From contig CANJQY010000002.1 of assembly GCA_947476525.1 (NCBI GenBank), forward strand, positions 1-59,025: a stretch of 59,025 nucleotides of DNA. The letters are read 5' to 3'. The position numbers and the translations under genes are program-made. Numbering within the stretch: position 1 is the stretch's first letter; the number at the start of each line of letters is the position of its first letter. The notes under the pieces were generated by a model. The model was not told the DNA's origin. It did no database searches and was given only the letters and a program-made list of their open reading frames with translations. This document shows positions 1 to 8,322 of this stretch, piece by piece. Source of the stretch: Oligoflexales bacterium. GTDB lineage: Bacteria > Bdellovibrionota_B > Oligoflexia > Oligoflexales > RGVZ01.

Positions 1-134
1 CGAATTAGACGGATAATGTCGCCGCAAGCAGCATCTTGACGAGCGCCGCAGCCGTTTGGTCCTAGGTTTATTTTAGCAGCGCGAGAATCTCTCAGCCAGG
101 CTCACAAAAAAATGCCCATAGATCGTCCAAAATG

Positions 135-1076
135 TTAATGGATGCCTAGGAGCGCACATTTTGGAGGAAGGCTCGGCAATACGATTTTTGCGTAGGACGA
201 GCTCATCTCAATTTTATTATTTGCGTCAACAATCGCTGCATCAAGCCTTCGAATCTCGTTGGTCGATGTTTGAATTTCTTGAGCTAATTTCGGGCCTTTG
301 CTTGCAAAGTCAGCTGCTACAGCGGTCAATTTTTTATACAGAGTCACAAGATCATTCACTCGGTCTTTTCGTAACATGGATAATATCTCCGAGCGTTTAT
401 GTACCGCTTCCGCAATTTTATTCCCAAGGGCTTCCTCTTTATCGACTTCCACGTCGAAGGCGGATTCGTCAAAGGGTGTTTTTGCGAGAAGCGCACGTTC
501 CTTCTTTTCTATGGCTCGGAGTTCAATTCGATCGTCCGCGATTACGTCGCTCAATATACGATTATGCTTTGCCAATTTCTCCCGAAATCCTACGCCGTAG
601 ATCTGAATCGCTAATTCTAAGGCTTTGATTTTCCCAGTTAATTCATCACGGCTATTCTGGTCTACGAGCCTCTTATCGCTGATGTCAGAAGATTGCCTCA
701 TCAAGGAGTTCCGCAGATTTATTTGCGCAAGTAAATCTGCATCGGCCTCTTTATGTCCCAGCGCATAGTCCCCGGAGAGTTTGTCGTAACGGCGCACGAT
801 GTCGATACAAGCGGTGATAATTTTTTGTATTGCTGGCGTGGTCACGTTATTGATGGTGTCGGCTTGCACCTTATTGCGCTGCTTGAGGTTGTCCCATTCC
901 TCGGAGGTCATATCGAAATAATCACCAATGACAAAGTCACTTGAATCGGGCTTAACCGAGGTCGAACCCTCTTCTACCGCCACTGACGCATTGGAGGCGG
1001 TCGTTGTGTTTTTCGCGCGACAAGCAACTAAATCGAAAATTAAAAAAGTTATTGCGCCAAAAATTTTCAGATTCAT
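135..1076 (-). CDS. hypothetical coiled-coil lipoprotein
   Basis: ORF track gives 135..1118. I moved the start to ATG 1076, which has AGGAGA about 8 nt upstream. N-terminus MNLKIFGAITFLIFDLVAC is a signal peptide plus lipobox. The rest is charged and helical, with no family recognised. Confidence 0.55.
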   Translation of the reverse strand: MNLKIFGAITFLIFDLVACRAKNTTTASNASVAVEEGSTSVKPDSSDFVIGDYFDMTSEEWDNLKQRNKVQADTINNVTTPAIQKIITACIDIVRRYDKLSGDYALGHKEADADLLAQINLRNSLMRQSSDISDKRLVDQNSRDELTGKIKALELAIQIYGVGFREKLAKHNRILSDVIADDRIELRAIEKKERALLAKTPFDESAFDVEVDKEEALGNKIAEAVHKRSEILSMLRKDRVNDLVTLYKKLTAVAADFASKGPKLAQEIQTSTNEIRRLDAAIVDANNKIEMSSSYAKIVLPSLPPKCALLGIH

Positions 1077-1293
1077 AAAAAAAGTTCTCCTAGCGACCGT
1101 GAATTCAAGACTCATCAATCAGGTTGTTTTTATTATCATCTAGTAGATTTAACTCCAACAATCATAAATCTTCAGACTCTTTGCGTCAATTTTATTCCCC
1201 TTGTGGCGCATTTCAGTGCATCCATTGACCTCCCCCACCCCAATCGCGAATTTCTAGAAATCATGTGGGCACCATTGCACTGTACAATTGATA

Positions 1294-1322
1294 TTGCAGT
1301 TAGAAGGTTTAACCCGTAGAAT
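1294..1322 (+). promoter_or_regulatory. sigma-70-like promoter candidate (TTGCAG-N17-TAGAAT)
   Basis: Hexamers read directly from the sequence, with 17-nt spacing, about 50 nt upstream of ATG 1373. Confidence 0.35.
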
Positions 1323-1372
1323 TTATTTGCGAGCGAAACCCCCAATTTGTCCATGAGGCACAAGGAATCACT

Positions 1373-2731
1373 ATGACCATCCCTACAATTGCTACTTCGA
1401 ATAAATTCAAAATAATAGTCCAGAGTGCAAACCTGAAATTGTTTCAACTCCTAACCACTTCAGTCGTTTCGGCCACGTTCTTGACCACTTGCGGACCCTC
1501 TCTAACGAGCGCCAGCACGCCAAAATTCGACTCCGCATCGTCCACAGCTCTCGATGCCACGATCACTGATGCCACCTTGATGACGAGTTCTCCAAATTAC
1601 AACGTCGACAGCCAGATAAAAGATCAGCTATATTTCAGCATCGGCCTCCTCAACAACTGGGGCAGCGTGGCGGACCTTGCCAACCGTTCCGTAGTCGTCA
1701 AAAGTATCGTGGCCGTCCCCGGATCACCGTCCCTATCAAAAGTGACTTACGACGCGAAATTCAAAATTGCATGGTCTCGAAACCGCCAAATTCCATCGTC
1801 AATCACTGTGCCTGTGCCGGCACGAGGTGATTACCAAGGCATCCAAGCTTTTTATTCAAAATACGAGGGGACCTGTGTGCAAGACCGCCATGAACTTAGT
1901 TACGCCAATTTCTGGTACTACATCCGCCCTTTAATGGCCGGATGCCCGTTGGCTGGACGAAGTGGAACTGAGGAGTTTACATACTTACTTAAAGTGAACA
2001 CGGCCGTAAGCAACACAAACACCTCTGGAAAGTCTCCTGAATATGCGAAAGTCTGGGAAGATCAGCAATTAGTCGCAACGACTGTCTTTGGTAAATACGT
2101 CTCAGGCGGCGACAACAATGATCAAGGCGTGGAAGAATTTAATTCCATGTATCGCCAAGTCCTTAGAGATTTTGGCCACCCGATATCCTCAAATGTAAAT
2201 TTGCAAGTTGGAGAAATGCCTGGCACCGAAAATCCAGATGTTCGATTAGTGTTCGAAACACGCCGTGGAAAAGTCGACATCAATATTTTATTGGTCAACA
2301 CCATGGGGTATAACTCCACCGAATGGCTAACTCATTTTAATGAGCGCACCCTGATCTCAGATTTTGTTTCCTACAGCGGGCACTCAGGCCTGGGCGCCAA
2401 TATCCGGTCTATTGCCACTATGGGTAAATTTAAGGCCAATCAGTTTCAATTGTATTACCTCAATGGCTGTGACACCTATTCCTACCTCGGAACCGAGCTA
2501 GCGGATGCCCACCACCGAGTTAATCCCGAGTCTCAGGCTAGTCGGTTTTTAGATGTAATCACCAACAGCATGCCTTCACCGTTTAGCAGCATGGCATCGT
2601 CCACCAACAATATACTGATGAGCTTGTACAACCAGCAAAATAATTATCGTCAAATTCTTAGCATGATTAATAGTGGCCAAAATCCAAACGTCAGGGGCGA
2701 AGAAGACAATAAGTGGCCGCAGCCTTTTTGA
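1373..2731 (+). CDS. exported hypothetical protein (possible lipoprotein) with a clan-CD-like His/Cys dyad
   Basis: 452-aa ORF. N-terminal hydrophobic stretch ends in FLTTC. C-terminal region has FVSYSGHSG (His codon 2381-2383) and QLYYLNGCDTY (Cys codon 2468-2470). Confidence 0.6.
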   Translation: MTIPTIATSNKFKIIVQSANLKLFQLLTTSVVSATFLTTCGPSLTSASTPKFDSASSTALDATITDATLMTSSPNYNVDSQIKDQLYFSIGLLNNWGSVADLANRSVVVKSIVAVPGSPSLSKVTYDAKFKIAWSRNRQIPSSITVPVPARGDYQGIQAFYSKYEGTCVQDRHELSYANFWYYIRPLMAGCPLAGRSGTEEFTYLLKVNTAVSNTNTSGKSPEYAKVWEDQQLVATTVFGKYVSGGDNNDQGVEEFNSMYRQVLRDFGHPISSNVNLQVGEMPGTENPDVRLVFETRRGKVDINILLVNTMGYNSTEWLTHFNERTLISDFVSYSGHSGLGANIRSIATMGKFKANQFQLYYLNGCDTYSYLGTELADAHHRVNPESQASRFLDVITNSMPSPFSSMASSTNNILMSLYNQQNNYRQILSMINSGQNPNVRGEEDNKWPQPF

Positions 2732-2829
2732 AATATTTTATTCCTGATGTTGAGGTGCGCTCTCTATATCTAAAAAAATTCGTTCCGATGCAGATTATTT
2801 AGCAGCATAAAGTTAAATTGAATAAAAAA

Positions 2830-4464
2830 TCACCGCCCATTGACCGCGAGAATTCCTGCGCCAAGTAAAATCAACGTTTCGTCAGAAAAAATGTGTTTCG
2901 ATAATTCTAGACTATGATGAGCGATCAATGCCTTCTTAACGAGACTAGAAAAACCCCCGGCCAATACCATCGGCACGTTTTCTACGGCCATTCGACAATG
3001 ATCGGCAAGCCGTTTACGCTCAGATTTAAGAAACGCTACCGTGGCGTCAACTGTCGCTAGTTCCATCGCTTGCACCGTTGTGGTAGGCCACGACGACACG
3101 TCCCGCTCGAAAGATCCGGTCAAGCCGAGAATCTTAGGAAGCCTCGCCCCGCGTTGTGAAACGGCATCCAGCGAGGTCTGAAGTCCCGCTAAAATATAGC
3201 CTCCTAGATGCTTCCCACCTGCATCCACGTGATCAATCGTGGTCGCGGTACCAAGAGAAACGGCCATGACGGGCAATGAAATATTTTTTTGAATCTGCAA
3301 ATAAAAAACGGCCTCAAGCAGCGCCAAGCGGTCTGACCCGATGGCCTGCATGTCATACAGAGAGTTCACCGCACGCACCGGTTTTTTTTCAATCTCGCGC
3401 ACTTCAAATCCACGGCTACCACAGGCCACACGAAATGCCTCAAGGCGGCTTGGGTTCACACTAATCGCGTGCACAATTGGTGCCACACCGTGAGTTCTAG
3501 TCTCTCCGAAAAAATCAGTTAAGGATATTTCACTGGCGACTTGAAAAATTGGGCCAATAACGCTAATTCTCCCATGCGCAGCATTGTCGATCACGGCCAT
3601 TTTAGTATGAGAATTCCCAACATCAGCCATCAGAAATCTTACACTTTTTTGGCTAGTGCTTTGACCAGTCCAAACAAACTGGTGAGTCGCCGAGGACACT
3701 ACTATTTCTTCTTGGTGAGGCTCGCCCCTGTGCTCAGGCCCTTGACAAACCGCCTTGGAAGGCAATAACCGCAAGTGACCGCCAACTCCAACACCTAAGC
3801 CCCGGTAATAATTCTCTGCATCGCGGTGTTCCTGGTTGCCTGATTTTTCCCTCCATAAATGCCCAGGTGAAATCGCCATTTCCGACCACTCCGAGAGAAT
3901 TGTTTCCCTCGTTACCGTGGCGAGTCGTGGAAGGAACTCAGCAAATTCTGCAGCGAGCGACTCTGCTGCCATTCGCGGATCAAGAGTGTGGCCAGTCAAA
4001 TTTTTAAGGCAACCGACCGCATAAGCCCGCCCTTCAGGCAGCACAGGAGTCTCTGACAAATTAATGCCAATGCCGATGACTAGACCTAAGAATTGTGCCC
4101 CTTGAATCGAACCTTCGCAGAGAATTCCTGCGATTTTTCTTCCATCCAACAACACGTCATTGGGCCACTTGAGGCACACGGCTACACCGGTGACACGCCT
4201 CACCCATCGTGCGACAACGATTGCGGCGACAAACGGCATGACATCTCGCAATTTTTCAGGAACGGAGCTTGGTGGCAAGGCTATACTGAAATGCAAATTC
4301 CCAGCAAGACTATCCCATTTTGCACCTAAGCGGCCGCTACCTGCTGTTTGAATTCGAGCCGCCAACGCTTGAGGCTCGACGTAGCTTGCCTTTACGGCCC
4401 GCTCTTTCAGAACACGCGACGTGGAATCACATTCTTCAAGCCACGCAACAGGAATCTTGATCAT
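2830..4464 (-). CDS. birA/coaX: bifunctional biotin-[acetyl-CoA-carboxylase] ligase / type III pantothenate kinase fusion
   Basis: The N-terminal half has the biotin ligase motif GSGRLGAKW and GRKIAGILCE. The C-terminal half begins MADVGNSHTKMAV (CoaX-type DxGNT phosphate motif) and continues with CoaX-like GTATTID and AGGF segments. No N-terminal HTH is evident. Confidence 0.8.
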   Translation of the reverse strand: MIKIPVAWLEECDSTSRVLKERAVKASYVEPQALAARIQTAGSGRLGAKWDSLAGNLHFSIALPPSSVPEKLRDVMPFVAAIVVARWVRRVTGVAVCLKWPNDVLLDGRKIAGILCEGSIQGAQFLGLVIGIGINLSETPVLPEGRAYAVGCLKNLTGHTLDPRMAAESLAAEFAEFLPRLATVTRETILSEWSEMAISPGHLWREKSGNQEHRDAENYYRGLGVGVGGHLRLLPSKAVCQGPEHRGEPHQEEIVVSSATHQFVWTGQSTSQKSVRFLMADVGNSHTKMAVIDNAAHGRISVIGPIFQVASEISLTDFFGETRTHGVAPIVHAISVNPSRLEAFRVACGSRGFEVREIEKKPVRAVNSLYDMQAIGSDRLALLEAVFYLQIQKNISLPVMAVSLGTATTIDHVDAGGKHLGGYILAGLQTSLDAVSQRGARLPKILGLTGSFERDVSSWPTTTVQAMELATVDATVAFLKSERKRLADHCRMAVENVPMVLAGGFSSLVKKALIAHHSLELSKHIFSDETLILLGAGILAVNGR

Positions 4465-4470
4465 GGGCGC

Positions 4471-5313
4471 CTACAAGTCGAAAAGCAGCGACAGGTCCGA
4501 CCACCTAGCTGAATGAATGGTCGAGCCTGTAGAAACAAAATCAACGCCGGTTTCGGCAATTCTACGAACGGTGTCGAGTTTTACACCACCGGAGGCCTCA
4601 AGCTTTGCTCGCCCGCGCACGGTGCGCACGGCCTGAGTCATTTCCGGAATCGTCATGTTATCTAGCATGATAATATCAGCGCCTGCATCAAGAGCCTCCT
4701 GCACTTCCTCTAACGTGCTAGCTTCAACCTCAATTTTAAGAGTCGGGGGAAGAGATTCGAGGAGCCGTGACACCGCGGCCTTGATGCCTCCTGCGGCACG
4801 GATGTGATTTTCTTTGACGATCACTCCGTCACTGAGTCCCATTCGGTGATTACGCGCGCCACCGGTCACGGTTGCAGATTTTTCCAGTAGACGCATCCCT
4901 GGCGTCGTTTTTCTTGTGTCGAGTAATTGGCAATTAGTCCCCTCAAGCTGTTCGACAAAGGAGCGCGACATGGTTGAAATTCCGCACATGCGTCCAATAA
5001 AATTTAGGGCTACACGCTCGGACTTCAAAATGGATCTTGCATTACCGTATACTTCAAGGAGGACTTCGTTGGCCTTGGCCTTATCGCCATTTTTAAAACG
5101 AAGCGTCACCTCAATACTCGGATCAACCTTCCGAAACACCGCCCGTGCTACGTCAAGCCCTGAGACAATAATGTTTTCTCGTGTAATGATCTTGGCACGT
5201 GCAATTTTATCGGCAGGCACGCACAAATCTGTCGTCCAGTCACCGTACCCCCAATCCTCTTCGAGAGCTCGGATGATAATGGGTTCCAATTGAATTTCAT
5301 GAAGTTCGTGCAT
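4471..5313 (-). CDS. nadC: nicotinate-nucleotide diphosphorylase (carboxylating), quinolinate phosphoribosyltransferase
   Basis: LEEDWGYGDWTTD, LDTRKTTPGMRLLEK and GGARNHRMGLSDGVIVKENH are typical NadC blocks. Length is 280 aa. Confidence 0.9.
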   Translation of the reverse strand: MHELHEIQLEPIIIRALEEDWGYGDWTTDLCVPADKIARAKIITRENIIVSGLDVARAVFRKVDPSIEVTLRFKNGDKAKANEVLLEVYGNARSILKSERVALNFIGRMCGISTMSRSFVEQLEGTNCQLLDTRKTTPGMRLLEKSATVTGGARNHRMGLSDGVIVKENHIRAAGGIKAAVSRLLESLPPTLKIEVEASTLEEVQEALDAGADIIMLDNMTIPEMTQAVRTVRGRAKLEASGGVKLDTVRRIAETGVDFVSTGSTIHSARWSDLSLLFDL

Positions 5314-5377
5314 GAGAAAGCCCTTTCGCTTTGATTACGGCGCAATGTACCATATCAAACTAGGCTTTGATGGGCTA

Positions 5378-6268
5378 TTACTGATCCACTAGATATCGAG
5401 CCTTTTCGTCCGCCAACCGGCGCAACTCAGAAACAAGAGCCTCGCGGGCGACCCCCTTGAAGTGTTCGGCGCAGTATTGCTCGACCGCACGACCCACTAA
5501 CGCGGGCAACTCAGCCTTAACGAGGGCTTCCATCGTCGCCGAAAGCTCGGCGTTGGTCTTGTTTCCGTTAAAATTCCCAGGCGCCATCGTGAGGTTTGTC
5601 AATGCCTTAAGACTATCGGATTTATTGAAATTTCTCTGCAAGTCCGATGAATCATTAGATGAAAGATCAAACGCAGGCCGGCCTCGCTGGCCCAATTCGA
5701 TGTCAGGTATGGACGGCATCGTTAAGTTACCGCCCAAACTAGAAAAACCCTGAGGCGCCGTACCCCCCGTATTAATATTCTGGGGCTCACTAAAATTAAA
5801 CCCGCCAGCTGCTAAAGGAGTATCGCCGAGGGAAAACTGAGCTGGGGATATTCCCGAATTTCCTAGGGAAAAGTCTGCAACCACGTGCCCCGTTTTGCCT
5901 CCGGCAGCGTCCTCAATTAATTTTTGAACCATTCGCGGGAGGTCTCCCGGGGCAAATGGCTTTTTAATAATATTTTCAATGCCAGCGGCCCGCAGGTCAC
6001 CCTCACGCACCATGTCGTAGCTGCCCACCAATAAAATTAAGCCCGCCCCCTTCGCCCGTTCGGCTAGCCTCAAGAAGTCGTTGACCTCTGTGATACCAGG
6101 CAGCCCAGCGTCCGCAATGATAAGATCAAAGGCCTCACCTTCGGCGACCTTGCAGGCCTCGACATAGGACGCCACTGACTTCAGAACACTTGGGACCGAG
6201 GAAAGTCCAATGCGAATTACTTTTTGAATGGTCGAACTATCGTCCGCCACGAGAATTCGGCAAACCAT
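5378..6268 (-). CDS. response regulator: receiver domain, low-complexity linker and short helical C-terminal domain
   Basis: CheY-like ILVADDSSTIQKV...DLIIADAGLPG...IKKPF. The G/S/N/P-rich middle part has no recognisable output domain. Start trimmed to ATG 6268 (GGGG upstream); the track start is 6286. Confidence 0.7.
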   Translation of the reverse strand: MVCRILVADDSSTIQKVIRIGLSSVPSVLKSVASYVEACKVAEGEAFDLIIADAGLPGITEVNDFLRLAERAKGAGLILLVGSYDMVREGDLRAAGIENIIKKPFAPGDLPRMVQKLIEDAAGGKTGHVVADFSLGNSGISPAQFSLGDTPLAAGGFNFSEPQNINTGGTAPQGFSSLGGNLTMPSIPDIELGQRGRPAFDLSSNDSSDLQRNFNKSDSLKALTNLTMAPGNFNGNKTNAELSATMEALVKAELPALVGRAVEQYCAEHFKGVAREALVSELRRLADEKARYLVDQ

Positions 6269-6307
6269 AAAAAACCCCGCAGTCATTTGAAAACGTTTTC
6301 AGTTTCC

Positions 6308-6316
6308 ATTGTACCA
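6308..6316 (-). promoter_or_regulatory. extended -10 element (TGgTACAAT) upstream of the response regulator gene
   Basis: The minus strand reads cctgTGgTACAATgg about 40 nt upstream of ATG 6268. No good -35 was seen. Confidence 0.3.
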
Positions 6317-6371
6317 CAGGGTTCTAATTTCTAATAAATTTCAGACTACAGGCTTTAAAATGATCAAACAT

Positions 6372-6713
6372 CTATGCAAAACGGATATTTTCCAAACGAG
6401 TATTGATAGCGCTCAAAACCACAGCGCGCAAATGGCCACGGGTTTGCTTGCTCCCCTCCACAATGATGCGGTAATCGTCTTTGGTGAAATGAGTCTCCCG
6501 GTCGCCATTCAAGTCGCGAAAACACTTCAATCGAAGGTTCTCGAGGTAAACCATTTTGCTTTCATACAGCCTCTTTAGCGTATCAACGTCGAGCCCCTCA
6601 ACAGCAATCGGCTTCAGCAGATCGTCCATGATTTCACGATAAGTGTCGTAGTCAGTGTGTGTTTTTTTTATCATCGTGTGATGCTCACCCTCTTTGTTGA
6701 TGGTCGTGCCCAT
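6372..6713 (-). CDS. small hypothetical protein
   Basis: 113-aa ORF with plausible composition. An alternative start at ATG 6674 is preceded by GAGGGTGAG. A sigma-28-like promoter lies immediately upstream. The overlapping plus-strand ORF 6309..6578 looks less protein-like. Confidence 0.5.
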   Translation of the reverse strand: MGTTINKEGEHHTMIKKTHTDYDTYREIMDDLLKPIAVEGLDVDTLKRLYESKMVYLENLRLKCFRDLNGDRETHFTKDDYRIIVEGSKQTRGHLRAVVLSAINTRLENIRFA

Positions 6714-6736
6714 TTTCTACCCGATCTATTTACTGC

Positions 6737-6763
6737 CTATCGGTTGCTCTCATGAGAACTTTA
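6737..6763 (-). promoter_or_regulatory. sigma-28 (FliA)-type promoter candidate
   Basis: The minus strand reads TAAAGTTC-N11-ACCGATAG, against the consensus TAAAGTTT-N11-GCCGATAA. The -10 element ends 24 nt upstream of ATG 6713. Confidence 0.5.
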
Positions 6764-6945
6764 ATGAACCCAAAAGTGGCAGCAAAGTCGACTATAGAAT
6801 TTGTAAAAATTTTCTTTTTGACCAAATGGCTATTGACCAAGGAACTTAGGACTCGTACCCTTAGGGCAAGTTTTAGGATCGAATTCACACACTGTTGGCG
6901 GGCGCCAAAAGGCCTTCAAAATCAGTCACAACACATGGAAATTAC

Positions 6946-7614
6946 ATGGGTATTTATACTGGCACTGTTGCTTACAATCGCTTTAGAGTTATCGGACCAA
7001 ACAAAAAACACGGGATCGCCAAGCTCAGTTCGCTGCTCGACCCGTTTAAATCTCCAATTCTTAGAATTGACGGCTCCCCCAAGGCTGAGATTATCGGCTG
7101 GGTGCGTCCACTTACGCCCCAAGATGCTGAGGTGATGGGGGAAGACGCCCACTGGGACATATCCGATTGTCAGGTTTCGTCTGGAGTGATGCTGCGCCTG
7201 CGCTACGAACGCCGAAAAATTTCTACGAGCTTACTACAAATGCTGTTCAAAAACGAACTAGCGAAAAACCACAAAGCCACGGGCAAGCCTTTGGGCCGAC
7301 AAGATCGTCTTAAACTGAAAGAAGAAATTGCTGCCACGTTGCTGCGCAGAACCCTACCCCAGATTCAATTTGTAGATGTACTTTGGAAAGACACGGAACA
7401 TGGCATCGGCACTGAACTTTTTATATTTACATCCTCAAAAGGAGCCACTGACCGCGTGTTGCAGCTATTCAATCAAACTTTTTCTAACGAACTTGATTTG
7501 ACTCTGACGGCCCTCAACACTACAGCCGCTTGGATTGAGAGCGAGGACTCGGACTTACGACTCGACCGAATTGCGAAAACTGAGCCGACTGTTTTTGCGC
7601 AGCACGTAGTCTAA
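6946..7614 (+). CDS. RdgC-like recombination-associated protein (short form)
   Basis: The pattern ...LLQMLFKNELAKNHKATGKPLGRQDRLKLKEEIAATLLRRTLPQIQFVDVLW... resembles the RdgC family core as I remember it. Start set at ATG 6946 (MGIYTG...). Confidence 0.45.
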   Translation: MGIYTGTVAYNRFRVIGPNKKHGIAKLSSLLDPFKSPILRIDGSPKAEIIGWVRPLTPQDAEVMGEDAHWDISDCQVSSGVMLRLRYERRKISTSLLQMLFKNELAKNHKATGKPLGRQDRLKLKEEIAATLLRRTLPQIQFVDVLWKDTEHGIGTELFIFTSSKGATDRVLQLFNQTFSNELDLTLTALNTTAAWIESEDSDLRLDRIAKTEPTVFAQHVV

Positions 7615-7637
7615 TGAAGCAGCACGTAGTCTAATGA
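7599..7637. repeat. perfect tandem duplication, 19 of 20 bp per unit (gcagcacgtagtctaatga x2)
   Basis: Read directly from the sequence. The first copy contains the TAA stop (7612-7614) of the preceding CDS. Confidence 0.95.
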
Positions 7638-7660
7638 TAATGATGAGAGGGTGAAAATAT

Positions 7661-8281
7661 ATGACTATCGATAATTCTCACGACACCTCCTACGACGATG
7701 AGGGCCATCGCGTCAGCAATATTTCAAGCGTAGAGCTCGGGGAAAAGCTTTTCCATTGGGGTGCTTACACAGCCGTGCCAGCCCTCATGCTGCAACTCAT
7801 ATTTTCTAATCCCACGGCGCGTAGTGCCACCGTCGGCACACTACTGATTATCTGCGGAGCGATGATGCGCGTTTACACCTCTGCTTTTATGACTGCAGAA
7901 GCGCAAGATTCCGTTGGCAGCGACTATTTGATAACCACCGGCCCGTTCGCTCTCATTCGAAATCCCCATTATTTGGCCAACCTCGTCATAACTTTTGGAG
8001 CCATTTTTTATGCCAAAAGTATTTTCATAGGCTTCCCCCTGGCCGGATTCTTTTTAGTTCAGTATTACTGCATTACAAAATACGAAGAAAAAACTCTCCT
8101 GGCTAAATTTGGCGACGAGTATCAGCGGTATATGGAACGGGTCCCCGCATGGATTCCCTTGAATATGCCGGTTATCGAAGACTTCCCAAATCCACCAAAT
8201 ATTAGCGCCGCTTTCCGTACCGAAAAAAAATCTCTGGTTGGAATAGCATGCATTCTGTTTCTATTAATGCTTGCGACTTGA
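7661..8281 (+). CDS. isoprenylcysteine carboxyl methyltransferase / phospholipid methyltransferase family membrane protein
   Basis: Multi-TM protein with GPFALIRNPHYLANL and EEKTLLAKFGDEYQRYMERVP, characteristic of the ICMT/PEMT family. Confidence 0.75.
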   Translation: MTIDNSHDTSYDDEGHRVSNISSVELGEKLFHWGAYTAVPALMLQLIFSNPTARSATVGTLLIICGAMMRVYTSAFMTAEAQDSVGSDYLITTGPFALIRNPHYLANLVITFGAIFYAKSIFIGFPLAGFFLVQYYCITKYEEKTLLAKFGDEYQRYMERVPAWIPLNMPVIEDFPNPPNISAAFRTEKKSLVGIACILFLLMLAT

Positions 8282-8322
8282 GGTCGATGAATGTGATTTG
8301 AGTTCGAATCAACAAGTTTTGA

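Noticed and set aside
1172-1447. 91-aa minus-strand ORF between the first two genes
   Set aside because: It overlaps the promoter, RBS and start of the 1373 gene, has no RBS, and has an odd composition. It is probably spurious.
6309-6578. 89-aa plus-strand ORF overlapping 6372..6713
   Set aside because: The minus-strand ORF is preceded by a sigma-28-like promoter and an RBS and has a more protein-like composition. The evidence is not decisive, so confidence in the minus-strand call is kept moderate.
7091-7098. Perfect GCCGATAA (-10 of sigma-28) on the minus strand inside the RdgC-like gene. There are similar perfect octamers at 51255-51262 (minus) and 55083-55090 (plus), and 7/8 matches at 26819, 27506, 33535 and 40590
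   Set aside because: None has TAAA or TAAAGTTT at the required 15/11-nt spacing. All lie inside coding regions, so isolated octamers are expected by chance.
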